IMG/VR virus record: IMGVR_UViG_3300040985_001292
Coordinates: 1 to 44,017 of that record
DNA from: a virus
Lineage: Duplodnaviria > Caudoviricetes
Reading direction: 5' to 3' (one strand)
DNA: 44,017 bases
Part shown: positions 27,983-36,521 of the stretch, in pieces
Position numbering within the stretch: position 1 is the first letter of the stretch
Layout: each line of letters opens with the position of its first letter
Notes under the pieces: model-generated
The model's database searches: none
What the model saw: the letters and a program-made list of their open reading frames with translations, nothing else
What the model was told of the DNA's origin: nothing
Position numbers and translations under genes: made by a program

Positions 27983-28870
27983 ATGGCAAAAGACATAAAA
28001 GATACATTAAAAGAGGGTACAAAAGATCTTCTATCTGAAGAAGTACTTAACGAGATCCAGACAGTTTTTAACGAATCTGTACAGGAGAAAGCTGCGTTAA
28101 CAACTGAGAGCGCCCTCGTGCAGCAGGATGAAGACCACGCGAAGAAGGTTAAGGAACTCCTCGAAGCTATTGATGATGACCACGTAAAGAAGTTAAAGCG
28201 CATCGTCGAAGCCATTACCGAAAATCACACACAGAAGCTAAAACAGATAGTTAAGAAGTATACTGGTGATGTCCACAACGAAGCTTCTGAATTCAAAGGC
28301 AAGATGGTTGATGATGTTAGTAACTATCTTGACATTTATCTCGAAAAGACTTTCCCACAAGACATGCTCGATGAAGCTGTTAACAACAAACGTGCTGATA
28401 ACCTCCTCTGTGAGATCCAAAAGATGCTCTCAGTTGACATGGCTCTCGCCAAGGATTCTATCAAAGGTGCAGTTGTTGATGGGAAAAAGCAAATCAATGA
28501 GGCTAACGTGCAACTAGCTACGGTCGTTCGTGAGAACGATACCCTGAAACAAGAATTGGCTGACGCCAAATCTCATGCTCTATTGGAGCATTTATCTCAA
28601 GATCTTCCTGAAGTAAAGAAGAATTACGTCAAGAAGGTGTTAGGTAATAAAGACACTGAGTTCATTACTGAGAACTTCGATTACACCGTACAGTTATTCC
28701 AAAAAGAGACTGAGCAGAGTAATGCAGAGTTACAGAAAGAAGCTCGAGGTCAAGTTAAAGGTGATGTAGATTCAGTTGTTGAAGAAGTAGTAGTTGAAAA
28801 CACTTCTCCAGTAATTGATGAGACTGACCCAATGTTTAATACATACATGGGTGAGCTCGGCAAATACTAA
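27983..28870 (+). CDS. gp22: Prohead scaffolding/core protein, T4 gp22-like
   Basis: Acidic helical protein between protease and capsid; VSNYLDIYLE motif. Confidence 0.8.
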   Translation: MAKDIKDTLKEGTKDLLSEEVLNEIQTVFNESVQEKAALTTESALVQQDEDHAKKVKELLEAIDDDHVKKLKRIVEAITENHTQKLKQIVKKYTGDVHNEASEFKGKMVDDVSNYLDIYLEKTFPQDMLDEAVNNKRADNLLCEIQKMLSVDMALAKDSIKGAVVDGKKQINEANVQLATVVRENDTLKQELADAKSHALLEHLSQDLPEVKKNYVKKVLGNKDTEFITENFDYTVQLFQKETEQSNAELQKEARGQVKGDVDSVVEEVVVENTSPVIDETDPMFNTYMGELGKY

Positions 28871-28954
28871 TTTCAAAATTTTGTGAGGTGCTCGTCACCT
28901 GATGGTCCAGCGCGACCTTACCAAAAACCTAAGAAAGGAACATAAAAATAACGT

Positions 28955-30418
28955 ATGAAACAGATTAGACCATCGCAATCCTATATCGACGAGGACCGCG
29001 CAGGCGCGTTGTTGGAGAAATGGAGTCCTGTATTGGATTACACCTCTGACAAAGTTGCACCTGTTGAAGATGATCATACTCGCTTAAATACTGCTATTCT
29101 CCTGGAAAACCAGGAAGCGTATTGTTTAAGAGAGAACCAGGCAGGTGGATCCGGTAGTGCATTTGGTAGTGGCCTTGAGCCGACTAGCAATGCATTCTCT
29201 GGTGACAACTATGCAGCTGGTGATGCTCGTCTCCCTAAAATCCTTATTCCGATGATTCGCCGTACATTCCCTGAGCTCATTACCAACGAAATCGTTGGTG
29301 TACAGCCCATGAGTGGACCGGTAGGACTTGCGTTTGCACTCAGATACAAGTATGAGGACGACGCGCTTGGCGCGACGACCGCTGCTGGAATTGACGGCTC
29401 TCTTGCTGCTGGTACTAACGCTAACGCGGGACGCGGGTCCCAAGTTGGTGATGTAACCAACCAAGAGCTCGGCTATCAAATCCTAGATACACGCTTCACA
29501 GGCACATCGTCAAACGCCCTTACGGGTACTGACGCTGCTGATAACGAAGGTTTCGACATGATCGGGTTAGATTCCGGTGTTGCTCAGTTGCTAGCCAACT
29601 ACGAGCTTACATCCAAGATCCCCCAGATGGTTGTAAACTTCGAAAAGACCGCCGTTGAAGCTGGTACTCGCAGATTGGCCGCTCGCTGGAGCGTTGAACT
29701 CGAACAAGATCTGAAGAACATGAACGGCATTGACATCGATACCGAATTGACTAACGCTATGAGCTATGAGCTCCAAGCTGAAATCGATCGTGAGATGATT
29801 ATGCGCATGATTCAGGTTGCTCTTAACGCTGGACATCCGAAAGGATTCAGTGTATGGAGTGCCGCTAGTGCAGACGGTCGTTGGATGGCTGAACGTAATC
29901 GTGATCTCTACCAGAGACTGATTGTTGAAGCTAATAGAATCGCTGTTCGTAACCGTCGTGGTGCTGCCAACTTTGTAGTTGGAACTCCGCGCGTTTGCGC
30001 TATTCTGGAAATGCTTCCAGAATTTAACGCGATGCCTGTTAGTGGCAACGTCAATACTCAACCAGTCGGGGTAGCCAAAGTTGGCAACCTCGGTGGTAGA
30101 TTTAACGTATATCGTGACACACGTACGGAAGGACAGTTTGAGCAAGGTGGGACCTATGGTCGCAGCACTCGCCTCGAATATGCCCTCCTTGGATACAAAG
30201 GACCTGAGTTTTACGACACAGGTATTGTATACTGCCCGTACATCCCCGTCATGGTACAACGTACTATCGGCCCGAACGACTTCTCACCACGTGTTGGTAT
30301 GTTAACACGCTACGGCGTTGTTGATCATATCTTCGGTGCGAACTTGTACTATCACATAGTCATCGTGAAGGATCTGGGTGTTGCATTTACTCCTGGTAAC
30401 CAGTCAGTATACGTCTAA
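28955..30418 (+). CDS. gp23: Major capsid protein, T4 gp23-like
   Basis: LLEKWSPVLD, TAILLENQ, GVQPMSGPVG, ELEQDLK, EIDRE, YCPYIP, TRYG. Confidence 0.97.
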   Translation: MKQIRPSQSYIDEDRAGALLEKWSPVLDYTSDKVAPVEDDHTRLNTAILLENQEAYCLRENQAGGSGSAFGSGLEPTSNAFSGDNYAAGDARLPKILIPMIRRTFPELITNEIVGVQPMSGPVGLAFALRYKYEDDALGATTAAGIDGSLAAGTNANAGRGSQVGDVTNQELGYQILDTRFTGTSSNALTGTDAADNEGFDMIGLDSGVAQLLANYELTSKIPQMVVNFEKTAVEAGTRRLAARWSVELEQDLKNMNGIDIDTELTNAMSYELQAEIDREMIMRMIQVALNAGHPKGFSVWSAASADGRWMAERNRDLYQRLIVEANRIAVRNRRGAANFVVGTPRVCAILEMLPEFNAMPVSGNVNTQPVGVAKVGNLGGRFNVYRDTRTEGQFEQGGTYGRSTRLEYALLGYKGPEFYDTGIVYCPYIPVMVQRTIGPNDFSPRVGMLTRYGVVDHIFGANLYYHIVIVKDLGVAFTPGNQSVYV

Positions 30419-30464
30419 CGTATATCCTGGTGCAGGAAATGCACGACTCCAAGTCAACAAATCA

Positions 30465-30497
30465 AACCCGCCCCTTCGGGGGTGGGTTCTTTTTTTT
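30465..30497 (+). terminator. Intrinsic terminator with cUUCGg tetraloop
   Basis: AACCCGCCCC-TTCG-GGGGTGGGTT followed by T8, after the capsid gene. Confidence 0.9.
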
Positions 30498-30521
30498 GGT
30501 TGTATAGACTAAATAACTATA

Positions 30522-30947
30522 ATGAAGGATAACGATCAAAAGTTACTTTGGGAAGCGTATAATCAATTAAACGAAGAGTGGCCACCTGGCACAATGGGGC
30601 CTGGCGGTGGACCTAACGACCCTCAAGTTCATGGTGCAGACGACGAAGAGCGCCTCACCCCAGAAGAGGAAAATATAGAGAGATCGATATCCTTAGCTGA
30701 AATGCACTTCAAGACTATTGATCACGCGATTAATGACCCGAGCCGTCCTGCATTCCAGGAAGACTTTAAGAAAGACCCGGTCGCGTTCTGGGTAAAACAT
30801 CTCCAACCACTTATCGAGTCCAATGATGATATGCACGTAGTATACTACTGGCAGACGATGCAGAAAGGTCTGACTGCTGGCTATGGTCAAGAAGTTTATT
30901 CTGCTGTGACTACTCGCCTGAAGAGCCTAATCGAGAGTCTTAGTTAA
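30522..30947 (+). CDS. Hypothetical, possible internal head protein
   Basis: ACTAAATA 6 nt upstream; N-terminus MKDNDQKLLWEAYNQLNEE. Confidence 0.7.
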   Translation: MKDNDQKLLWEAYNQLNEEWPPGTMGPGGGPNDPQVHGADDEERLTPEEENIERSISLAEMHFKTIDHAINDPSRPAFQEDFKKDPVAFWVKHLQPLIESNDDMHVVYYWQTMQKGLTAGYGQEVYSAVTTRLKSLIESLS

Positions 30948-30955
30948 TTTACTGC

Positions 30956-31684
30956 CTAGGTGCTAATGAACTTGCCTGTAATGTTTATATCTGACAGATC
31001 TTTACATACCATGTCATTGTATAAATCAAGCTTCTCTTTATTATCTTCCTTAGCCCAAGATAGCCCTTCACAATGAATAAACGGTTTGTCAGTAGGATGT
31101 ATTGGTAATATACTCTCACCTAGTTTATATATCATATGATATAAATATGAACCGACATCGAGACACTCATTCTCTTCTTTAGGCATATCGATATATGGAT
31201 CAAAGGTTAAATTATTACTGTTAAAAAAATTTACATCAAGCAACATAAAGCATGGATGCAATCTCGGTAACATGTAGTAGTCATGATCAGGTTTAGGCTT
31301 GCCCCTTTTCATGTGTATTCCAGATGCAACTACATCTGAATCAATAAACCTCTCAAAGTAAGGTATTATGTTCCCTTTAAATAGTATATCTGTATCCAAT
31401 ATTAAGCAATATGGAGTATTACAGTTCTGTACTGCCCAGTCCAGTCCGCAGTAATGAGTCCACGCCCAGTTACAGTTCTCGGGCTTAACTAAGACTTTAT
31501 TACCATCAACGTATGGAATACTGTAATCAGTCAACATATCTCGCGTCAACTCATCTGTACTATTCTCAATAAGTGTTAGACGGTGGACACCTTTATGATA
31601 TTTGTAATATGACTTTAACAGACACTCGGTTACTATAGGCGTTTGATATGAGCAGGTTACTATAGTAAATCTCTCATCTTTCAT
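30956..31684 (-). CDS. GT2-like glycosyltransferase
   Basis: FTIVTCSY start, IENS, H..GLDWA, LILDTDILF (DXD); coupled to queF by TAATG. Confidence 0.78.
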   Translation of the reverse strand: MKDERFTIVTCSYQTPIVTECLLKSYYKYHKGVHRLTLIENSTDELTRDMLTDYSIPYVDGNKVLVKPENCNWAWTHYCGLDWAVQNCNTPYCLILDTDILFKGNIIPYFERFIDSDVVASGIHMKRGKPKPDHDYYMLPRLHPCFMLLDVNFFNSNNLTFDPYIDMPKEENECLDVGSYLYHMIYKLGESILPIHPTDKPFIHCEGLSWAKEDNKEKLDLYNDMVCKDLSDINITGKFIST

Positions 31685-32610
31685 TACTGACGAGGTGTCT
31701 TACTGAACGGAATGTCTGCATCGATCAATTGATCGTTCAGTAAGTCAACATGAGATACTCTAGTAGGATTAATATCAATTCCACCTCTACGAGCATACAA
31801 GCACGTAACTGCTAGTTCTTTAGGAATAAAGAGGTCCCATAATCTCTTATAAATACACTCGCAGATTTCCTCATGAAAATGGCATTCGTCTCTAAACGAA
31901 ACAATATATCGGGCGAGTGCATTAGGAGTCAACGCCTTATCGGTCTTCATATGAATATATACATCACCCCAGTCCGGCTGATTGGTAACACGGCAATTAG
32001 ACTTGAGTAAGCTGCTATGATATTGGTATAATGTTAGGTACCCGGCTTGAGATATACCGTACGGGCCTGCGAGCATCTCAGGTGTCTCGGTATATTGAGT
32101 GAAATTCATACCATCCATCATCTCATCATCATCTTCGACAGTGATATATCCTTTATGGAAATACGGGCGAACATCCGCTCTCTCTACGTGGCTAGGGTTA
32201 AACAGTGTCACTACTACATTCGTTTCTAACAACTCAGAGAGATCCTTTTCCGCGAGCTCTTTGACCTCGTCCAGGCATTCATCACCTGTGGTTCCTAACC
32301 GGGCCATGTTGAACGAGTTGAAGTATAATTTGATAGATTTAGACTCGACAATGTATTCGTTATCGCAAGGGTACATAATCTTAGCAATTGCAGTAACCGG
32401 GCGACCAGACTTAGTCATCGATGAGATCTCGTACGCGTTCCATACGTCATACCCGCAAAACGGCAGACTACCACTCTCTAAGCCGAGATAAGTCCTGTTA
32501 CTCGATCTAGGTTCTCGCACTAATAGTGATGGATCGTATTCGCGAGCATACGAACTCGTTTGACCTAAGTGCTTTGAAACTCTCGAATTATCTAGTTGTA
32601 CTGTGCTCAT
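31684..32610 (-). CDS. queF: NADPH-dependent 7-cyano-7-deazaguanine (preQ0) reductase, bimodular YqcD type
   Basis: YDPSLL, DVWNAYEIS, ESKSIKLYFNSF, LKSNCRVTNQPDWG, FHEEICE, YARRGGIDINP. Confidence 0.95.
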   Translation of the reverse strand: MSTVQLDNSRVSKHLGQTSSYAREYDPSLLVREPRSSNRTYLGLESGSLPFCGYDVWNAYEISSMTKSGRPVTAIAKIMYPCDNEYIVESKSIKLYFNSFNMARLGTTGDECLDEVKELAEKDLSELLETNVVVTLFNPSHVERADVRPYFHKGYITVEDDDEMMDGMNFTQYTETPEMLAGPYGISQAGYLTLYQYHSSLLKSNCRVTNQPDWGDVYIHMKTDKALTPNALARYIVSFRDECHFHEEICECIYKRLWDLFIPKELAVTCLYARRGGIDINPTRVSHVDLLNDQLIDADIPFSKTPRQ

Positions 32611-33151
32611 GTTCTTCTATAGCTATTTTAATATCCTTAAATCGTTTATCAACGTCTTTATCTTCTAAAGTTATTAACATATTGTTATACGATGAATTCC
32701 AATCATCCTGATATAATAACATCGTCATAATATTATTGATATCACTCTGAAACTTCTTACTTGTACTTCTCTGACCATCGTCTTCCATCTGTAATGGGCA
32801 ACAATAGAAGATTATATCTATATCGTTAATAAGCTTGTTGAGCGTATTCGCTGCATACTCATATGTCTTCTCGTCTACCTTCTGATGAGTAAATAACCAC
32901 TCAGTATATACATAGCCATCCACGATGCACCTATCCATAATAACATCATCCAGCTTATTATTTTCAATATGCGCGTCAATTATAGCTCTCTGAGTAGCAC
33001 TATCACCCTCCTCATTAATTTTAAAGCCTTTTCTAGCCAGCGGTCTCGTAACCTCAGTGACGTATTGAAACTTGTCACCATAGTACTCCTGACACATCTT
33101 CAATAACGTACTCTTTCCTGAGCAACCTGTACCCGTAAAGCTAATCTTCAT
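32588..33151 (-). CDS. P-loop nucleotide kinase (NadR/thymidylate-kinase-like)
   Basis: GTGCSGKST Walker A, EVTR, DRCIVD, EDDGQR. Confidence 0.82.
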   Translation of the reverse strand: MKISFTGTGCSGKSTLLKMCQEYYGDKFQYVTEVTRPLARKGFKINEEGDSATQRAIIDAHIENNKLDDVIMDRCIVDGYVYTEWLFTHQKVDEKTYEYAANTLNKLINDIDIIFYCCPLQMEDDGQRSTSKKFQSDINNIMTMLLYQDDWNSSYNNMLITLEDKDVDKRFKDIKIAIEEHEHSTTR

Positions 33152-33396
33152 AATTTACCTATACTCAATTTAACTTTCTCTCCGTCAATCTTAGTATAAC
33201 CATCCCAGCCATCAAGTGAATCCGCTTGCCAAGGAGCTGTTGGGGAGGATGTTGCCTTCATATCTTTAGGTAGCGGCTGTCTCCATGGATCATGTTTTAC
33301 TCTACAACTGCGCCAAAAATTAGTCCATGTAAAGTATACACCGGTTCTTGGATCAAATTTCCATTTCTTATTTTTAATTGCTTTCATTTTCCCCAC
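33148..33396 (-). CDS. Hypothetical Trp/Lys-rich protein
   Basis: Fills the operon, overlapping both neighbours. Confidence 0.65.
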   Translation of the reverse strand: MGKMKAIKNKKWKFDPRTGVYFTWTNFWRSCRVKHDPWRQPLPKDMKATSSPTAPWQADSLDGWDGYTKIDGEKVKLSIGKL

Positions 33397-33722
33397 TTTC
33401 CGTTAGATACTATCTGCGCTATGATTCCATATACAGATAGATCCTTAAATGCATCCTCTACCGGTTCATTCTGGGCTTTCGCTTTACGCTTGAGAACCAG
33501 GTTAAACAGTCGTTGAATTTTATCATTAATGCGAATAATAATGGCAGTAATAGAAAGGTGACGATTGTCGGGGTCGCTGAGATCCATCCCCAGAGTAATA
33601 TTATGTTGTCCATAATCATATTGCTTTTTACAAAATGTATCGTACTGCTCTTTTTGTATCCTTTTAAACTCCTTACAAGTCTCCGGGTACATAGTTTCAA
33701 TTTCTTTGATGATGCTCTTCAT
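33384..33722 (-). CDS. Nucleotide-modification-associated domain 1 (DUF1599/Nmad1) protein
   Basis: KKQYDYG, IRINDKIQRL, EPVEDAFKDLSVYGII. Confidence 0.82.
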   Translation of the reverse strand: MKSIIKEIETMYPETCKEFKRIQKEQYDTFCKKQYDYGQHNITLGMDLSDPDNRHLSITAIIIRINDKIQRLFNLVLKRKAKAQNEPVEDAFKDLSVYGIIAQIVSNGKWGK

Positions 33723-34623
33723 GTATTAATTTACCTATAGCGATATCTTCGATTGCTAAGCCTGTAGAGTCGAATATTGTTTGTTTGTGATTATACCCTG
33801 TTACTCTGTCAGTAATAATATCTGCTAATGTAGTGTATGGCAACTCTTTATTGTATTGCAGTTCTCCTGAATGAGATGCCTGTACTGGTTCATCGACTAC
33901 TAGTGCACTCTGTTTCCATATATCGTCCTTTAATTCTCTCTTACCTGTAGCATCAGCACCAACAGCATTAATATGAAACGGGTGCTCTATCTCGTCTAAC
34001 CCTAAATACCCTTCTATAGATGGAGTAAGCGTTGTGATTACGTCTGTACATATACAGGCAGATTTTACAGATTCATATACATCACATTTAGCTTCTGTTT
34101 CGGACTGTATCCATTGCTTGAATTTATCTCCACTATCGCTACTCTTGTCATATAATTTTATATGTTCAATATTTGGAAATATAGCTGCATACATTATCAT
34201 ATGAAGCTTTGCTTGATAGCCGCAGCCAATAAATGTGAGAGTTCTAACAGTATTGTTAATCGTGAGGTATTTTGCAGCTAATGCACTGACAGCAGCGGTA
34301 CGATAAGCGGTAAGTGTTGCGCAGTCCATTGATATAATGGACTGGCCTGTGCGTGAATTGTTGAGTAATAATATTCCATGAATTGTTGGTAGTTCTAATA
34401 TATGGTTCTGAGGGTATACGCTAATCCATTTAATACCTGATACGTCTCCCCATTGTGCTGGCATAGCTCTAAAGTCACCTTTATCAGTGCTCAAATATGT
34501 TTTAGGTATCATCTTAGCGCCACCGTTATGATAGTCTCTAAACACGTCCTCCATCTGCTGTATAATTCTTATCTCGTTACCCTCTAGATAACTAGCAACT
34601 TGGCTCTCAGACAGATGCTGCAT
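33697..34623 (-). CDS. Ornithine cyclodeaminase/mu-crystallin family protein, archaeal alanine dehydrogenase-like
   Basis: MIPKTYL, DFRAMPA, GIKWIS, LTAYRTAA, GCGYQA, NAVGAD, FDSTGLAIED. Confidence 0.92.
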   Translation of the reverse strand: MQHLSESQVASYLEGNEIRIIQQMEDVFRDYHNGGAKMIPKTYLSTDKGDFRAMPAQWGDVSGIKWISVYPQNHILELPTIHGILLLNNSRTGQSIISMDCATLTAYRTAAVSALAAKYLTINNTVRTLTFIGCGYQAKLHMIMYAAIFPNIEHIKLYDKSSDSGDKFKQWIQSETEAKCDVYESVKSACICTDVITTLTPSIEGYLGLDEIEHPFHINAVGADATGKRELKDDIWKQSALVVDEPVQASHSGELQYNKELPYTTLADIITDRVTGYNHKQTIFDSTGLAIEDIAIGKLIHEEHHQRN

Positions 34624-35146
34624 GTAACTCCTTCGTTAAGAACTTAAACCACATATTAACTGAAGCTTTGTGAAGATCACTAAACACCTCGTCAGTAGTC
34701 TTACCTTCGATCATCACTTTATCTGATACATCTACAATCGGTCCACCATCAAGCTCTGCTGTAGCTTTATGCAATATACAGCCAGAGTATTCTAAACCTA
34801 AATCAATTGCTTTTTGTTGAGGATCTTTTCCTTTTAGTTGAGGATATTCTGTAATTAGACCAGGGTGACCGTTGTATATATTTCTCTGTTCACAGACTTC
34901 TCCAGGGACGATTCTCAGCCATCCGTGCATAGTTACTAGAGCGTCTTCTGGAATGTATTGTAGGTATTGATCTACAGTTGGCTTTAGGTCAGTAAATGTA
35001 ATCAATGAGTTACCGATAAGATTGGAGTTAATATATTCGAGGCTATCCTGTCTATTACATAAACAGATATCCGGGTACCTGTCCAATTGGTTTGAGACTT
35101 CATATATCTCAGAACCCGTCTGTGAGAATAACGCAATCCATTTCAT
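34607..35146 (-). CDS. dpdN: PurN-paralogue formyltransferase, probable preQ1 formyltransferase
   Basis: FSQTGS, HGWLRIV, NGHPGL, GCILH, ELDGGPIV; same operon as queF (symbol assigned from context). Confidence 0.75.
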   Translation of the reverse strand: MKWIALFSQTGSEIYEVSNQLDRYPDICLCNRQDSLEYINSNLIGNSLITFTDLKPTVDQYLQYIPEDALVTMHGWLRIVPGEVCEQRNIYNGHPGLITEYPQLKGKDPQQKAIDLGLEYSGCILHKATAELDGGPIVDVSDKVMIEGKTTDEVFSDLHKASVNMWFKFLTKELHAASV

Positions 35147-35153
35147 TAAACTA

Positions 35154-35181
35154 ATTATATATGTTTATCAATGGAAGTCAA
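35154..35181 (-). promoter_or_regulatory. Sigma70-like promoter of the modification operon
   Basis: TTGACT-16 nt-TATAAT, 7 nt before ATG 35146. Confidence 0.7.
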
Positions 35182-35200
35182 GCATTAACTCTAATTGCCA

Positions 35201-35228
35201 TTGACTTCGAGTAATTACGCTATATAAT
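35201..35228 (+). promoter_or_regulatory. Sigma70-like promoter of the DUF1501 gene
   Basis: TTGACT-16 nt-TATAAT, 10 nt before ATG 35239. Confidence 0.65.
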
Positions 35229-35238
35229 ATTGATAGCA

Positions 35239-36510
35239 ATGAATAGACGAGACTTTTTACAGATCGGTACCGTTGGTACCCTTGGTTTAACGATGAGCGA
35301 TTTCTTTAAACTACAAGCATCAGACGATAATCATCCATCCAAGGTGGGTAAGGCTAAGAACGTTATCAATATTTTTCTACCAGGAGGAATGGCTCATCAA
35401 GAGAGCTGGGACCCAAAATATCTAGCCGGTCAAGAGTATCGAGGACCACTCGGCACTGTAAAAACAAACACCGGTGAACGCTTCTCAGAGAACCTAAAGA
35501 TGACAGCCAAGATAGCTGATAAGATTACTGTCATTCGGTCGATGACTCACGGAGAGGCGGCGCACGAAAGAGGTACACACAATATGCTAACCGGGTACAG
35601 ACCTTCACCAGCGCTAACTTATCCTTCTATGGGGAGCGTTATATCTCATGAGTTTGGATCTAGAAAGAATTTACCTGCCTACGTAGCTGTCCCTAACCCG
35701 TCACGCTCAACTGGAGCAGGCTATCTCAACTTTAAGCATGGCCCTTTCGGTCTAGGTTCCAACCCTGAGAGTCCAAACTTCTCTGTTAGAGACTTGGCAT
35801 TGCCAAGTGGCCTAACTGCACAACGATTTGCATCCCGTAAGAAGATTAGAGAGATTGTTGATGATAAGTTTAGTAGGTTGGAGAGAAATGATCAATTAGA
35901 TGCTATGGATTCATTCTATGCTAAAGCTTACAGCCTCATTAGTTCTCCCGCGGCCCGTGCTGCATTTGAGATTGATAAAGAACCTACTAAGCTTAGAGAG
36001 CAATATGGTATGAACTCAGCTGGTCAGAGATTCTTAATGGCTCGTAGATTAGTCGAGTCAGGAGTCAGATTTGTTACATTGACATATGGTAGCTGGGATC
36101 ATCATAACAACATTTCTGATAATATGACCCGTCAATTGGCTCCATTTGATCAGGCTTATGCTACACTCATTAGAGACTTATCTGATAGAGGAATGCTGGA
36201 TGATACTCTTGTTATGGTTACAAGTGAGTTTGGTAGAACTCCAAAGATTAATGCTAATGCTGGCCGTGATCATTGGCCGCAGGTATTCAGTATCGCCCTA
36301 GCGGGTGGAGGTATCAAGGAAGGATACATTCATGGTACATCTGATCCAACTGGATCTGCTCCTGAAGATGATCCGTTTACAGTCGACAACTATGCCGCTA
36401 CAGTATTCAGTCTAATGGGTATTGATCCAAGAAGAGAACTGATGGCTGATGGAGGTAGACCAATTCGTGTTGTGAACAATAATGTTGTTGAACCTGCAAT
36501 ATTGAAGTAA
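35239..36510 (+). CDS. DUF1501 family protein with twin-arginine-like N-terminus
   Basis: MNRRDFL, AKNVINIFLPGGMAHQESWDPK, ARRLVESGVRFV, WDHH, SEFGRTP, GRDHWP, LAGGG; start moved to ATG 35239. Confidence 0.92.
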   Translation: MNRRDFLQIGTVGTLGLTMSDFFKLQASDDNHPSKVGKAKNVINIFLPGGMAHQESWDPKYLAGQEYRGPLGTVKTNTGERFSENLKMTAKIADKITVIRSMTHGEAAHERGTHNMLTGYRPSPALTYPSMGSVISHEFGSRKNLPAYVAVPNPSRSTGAGYLNFKHGPFGLGSNPESPNFSVRDLALPSGLTAQRFASRKKIREIVDDKFSRLERNDQLDAMDSFYAKAYSLISSPAARAAFEIDKEPTKLREQYGMNSAGQRFLMARRLVESGVRFVTLTYGSWDHHNNISDNMTRQLAPFDQAYATLIRDLSDRGMLDDTLVMVTSEFGRTPKINANAGRDHWPQVFSIALAGGGIKEGYIHGTSDPTGSAPEDDPFTVDNYAATVFSLMGIDPRRELMADGGRPIRVVNNNVVEPAILK

Positions 36511-36521
36511 TAAATAACGTT

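Noticed and set aside
29126-30305. Long antisense/alternate ORFs over gp23 (e.g. 29591..30259)
   Set aside because: Shadow ORFs from codon bias; no motifs or expression signals
31684-32610. queF as a tRNA-queuosine auxiliary gene
   Set aside because: Neighbours are nucleotide/DNA-modification-type genes and the two phage tRNAs are not Q substrates
34607-35146. Ordinary purN auxiliary gene
   Set aside because: Divergent motifs (FSQTGS, NGHPGL) and queF-operon context favour a DpdN-like paralogue, though not proven
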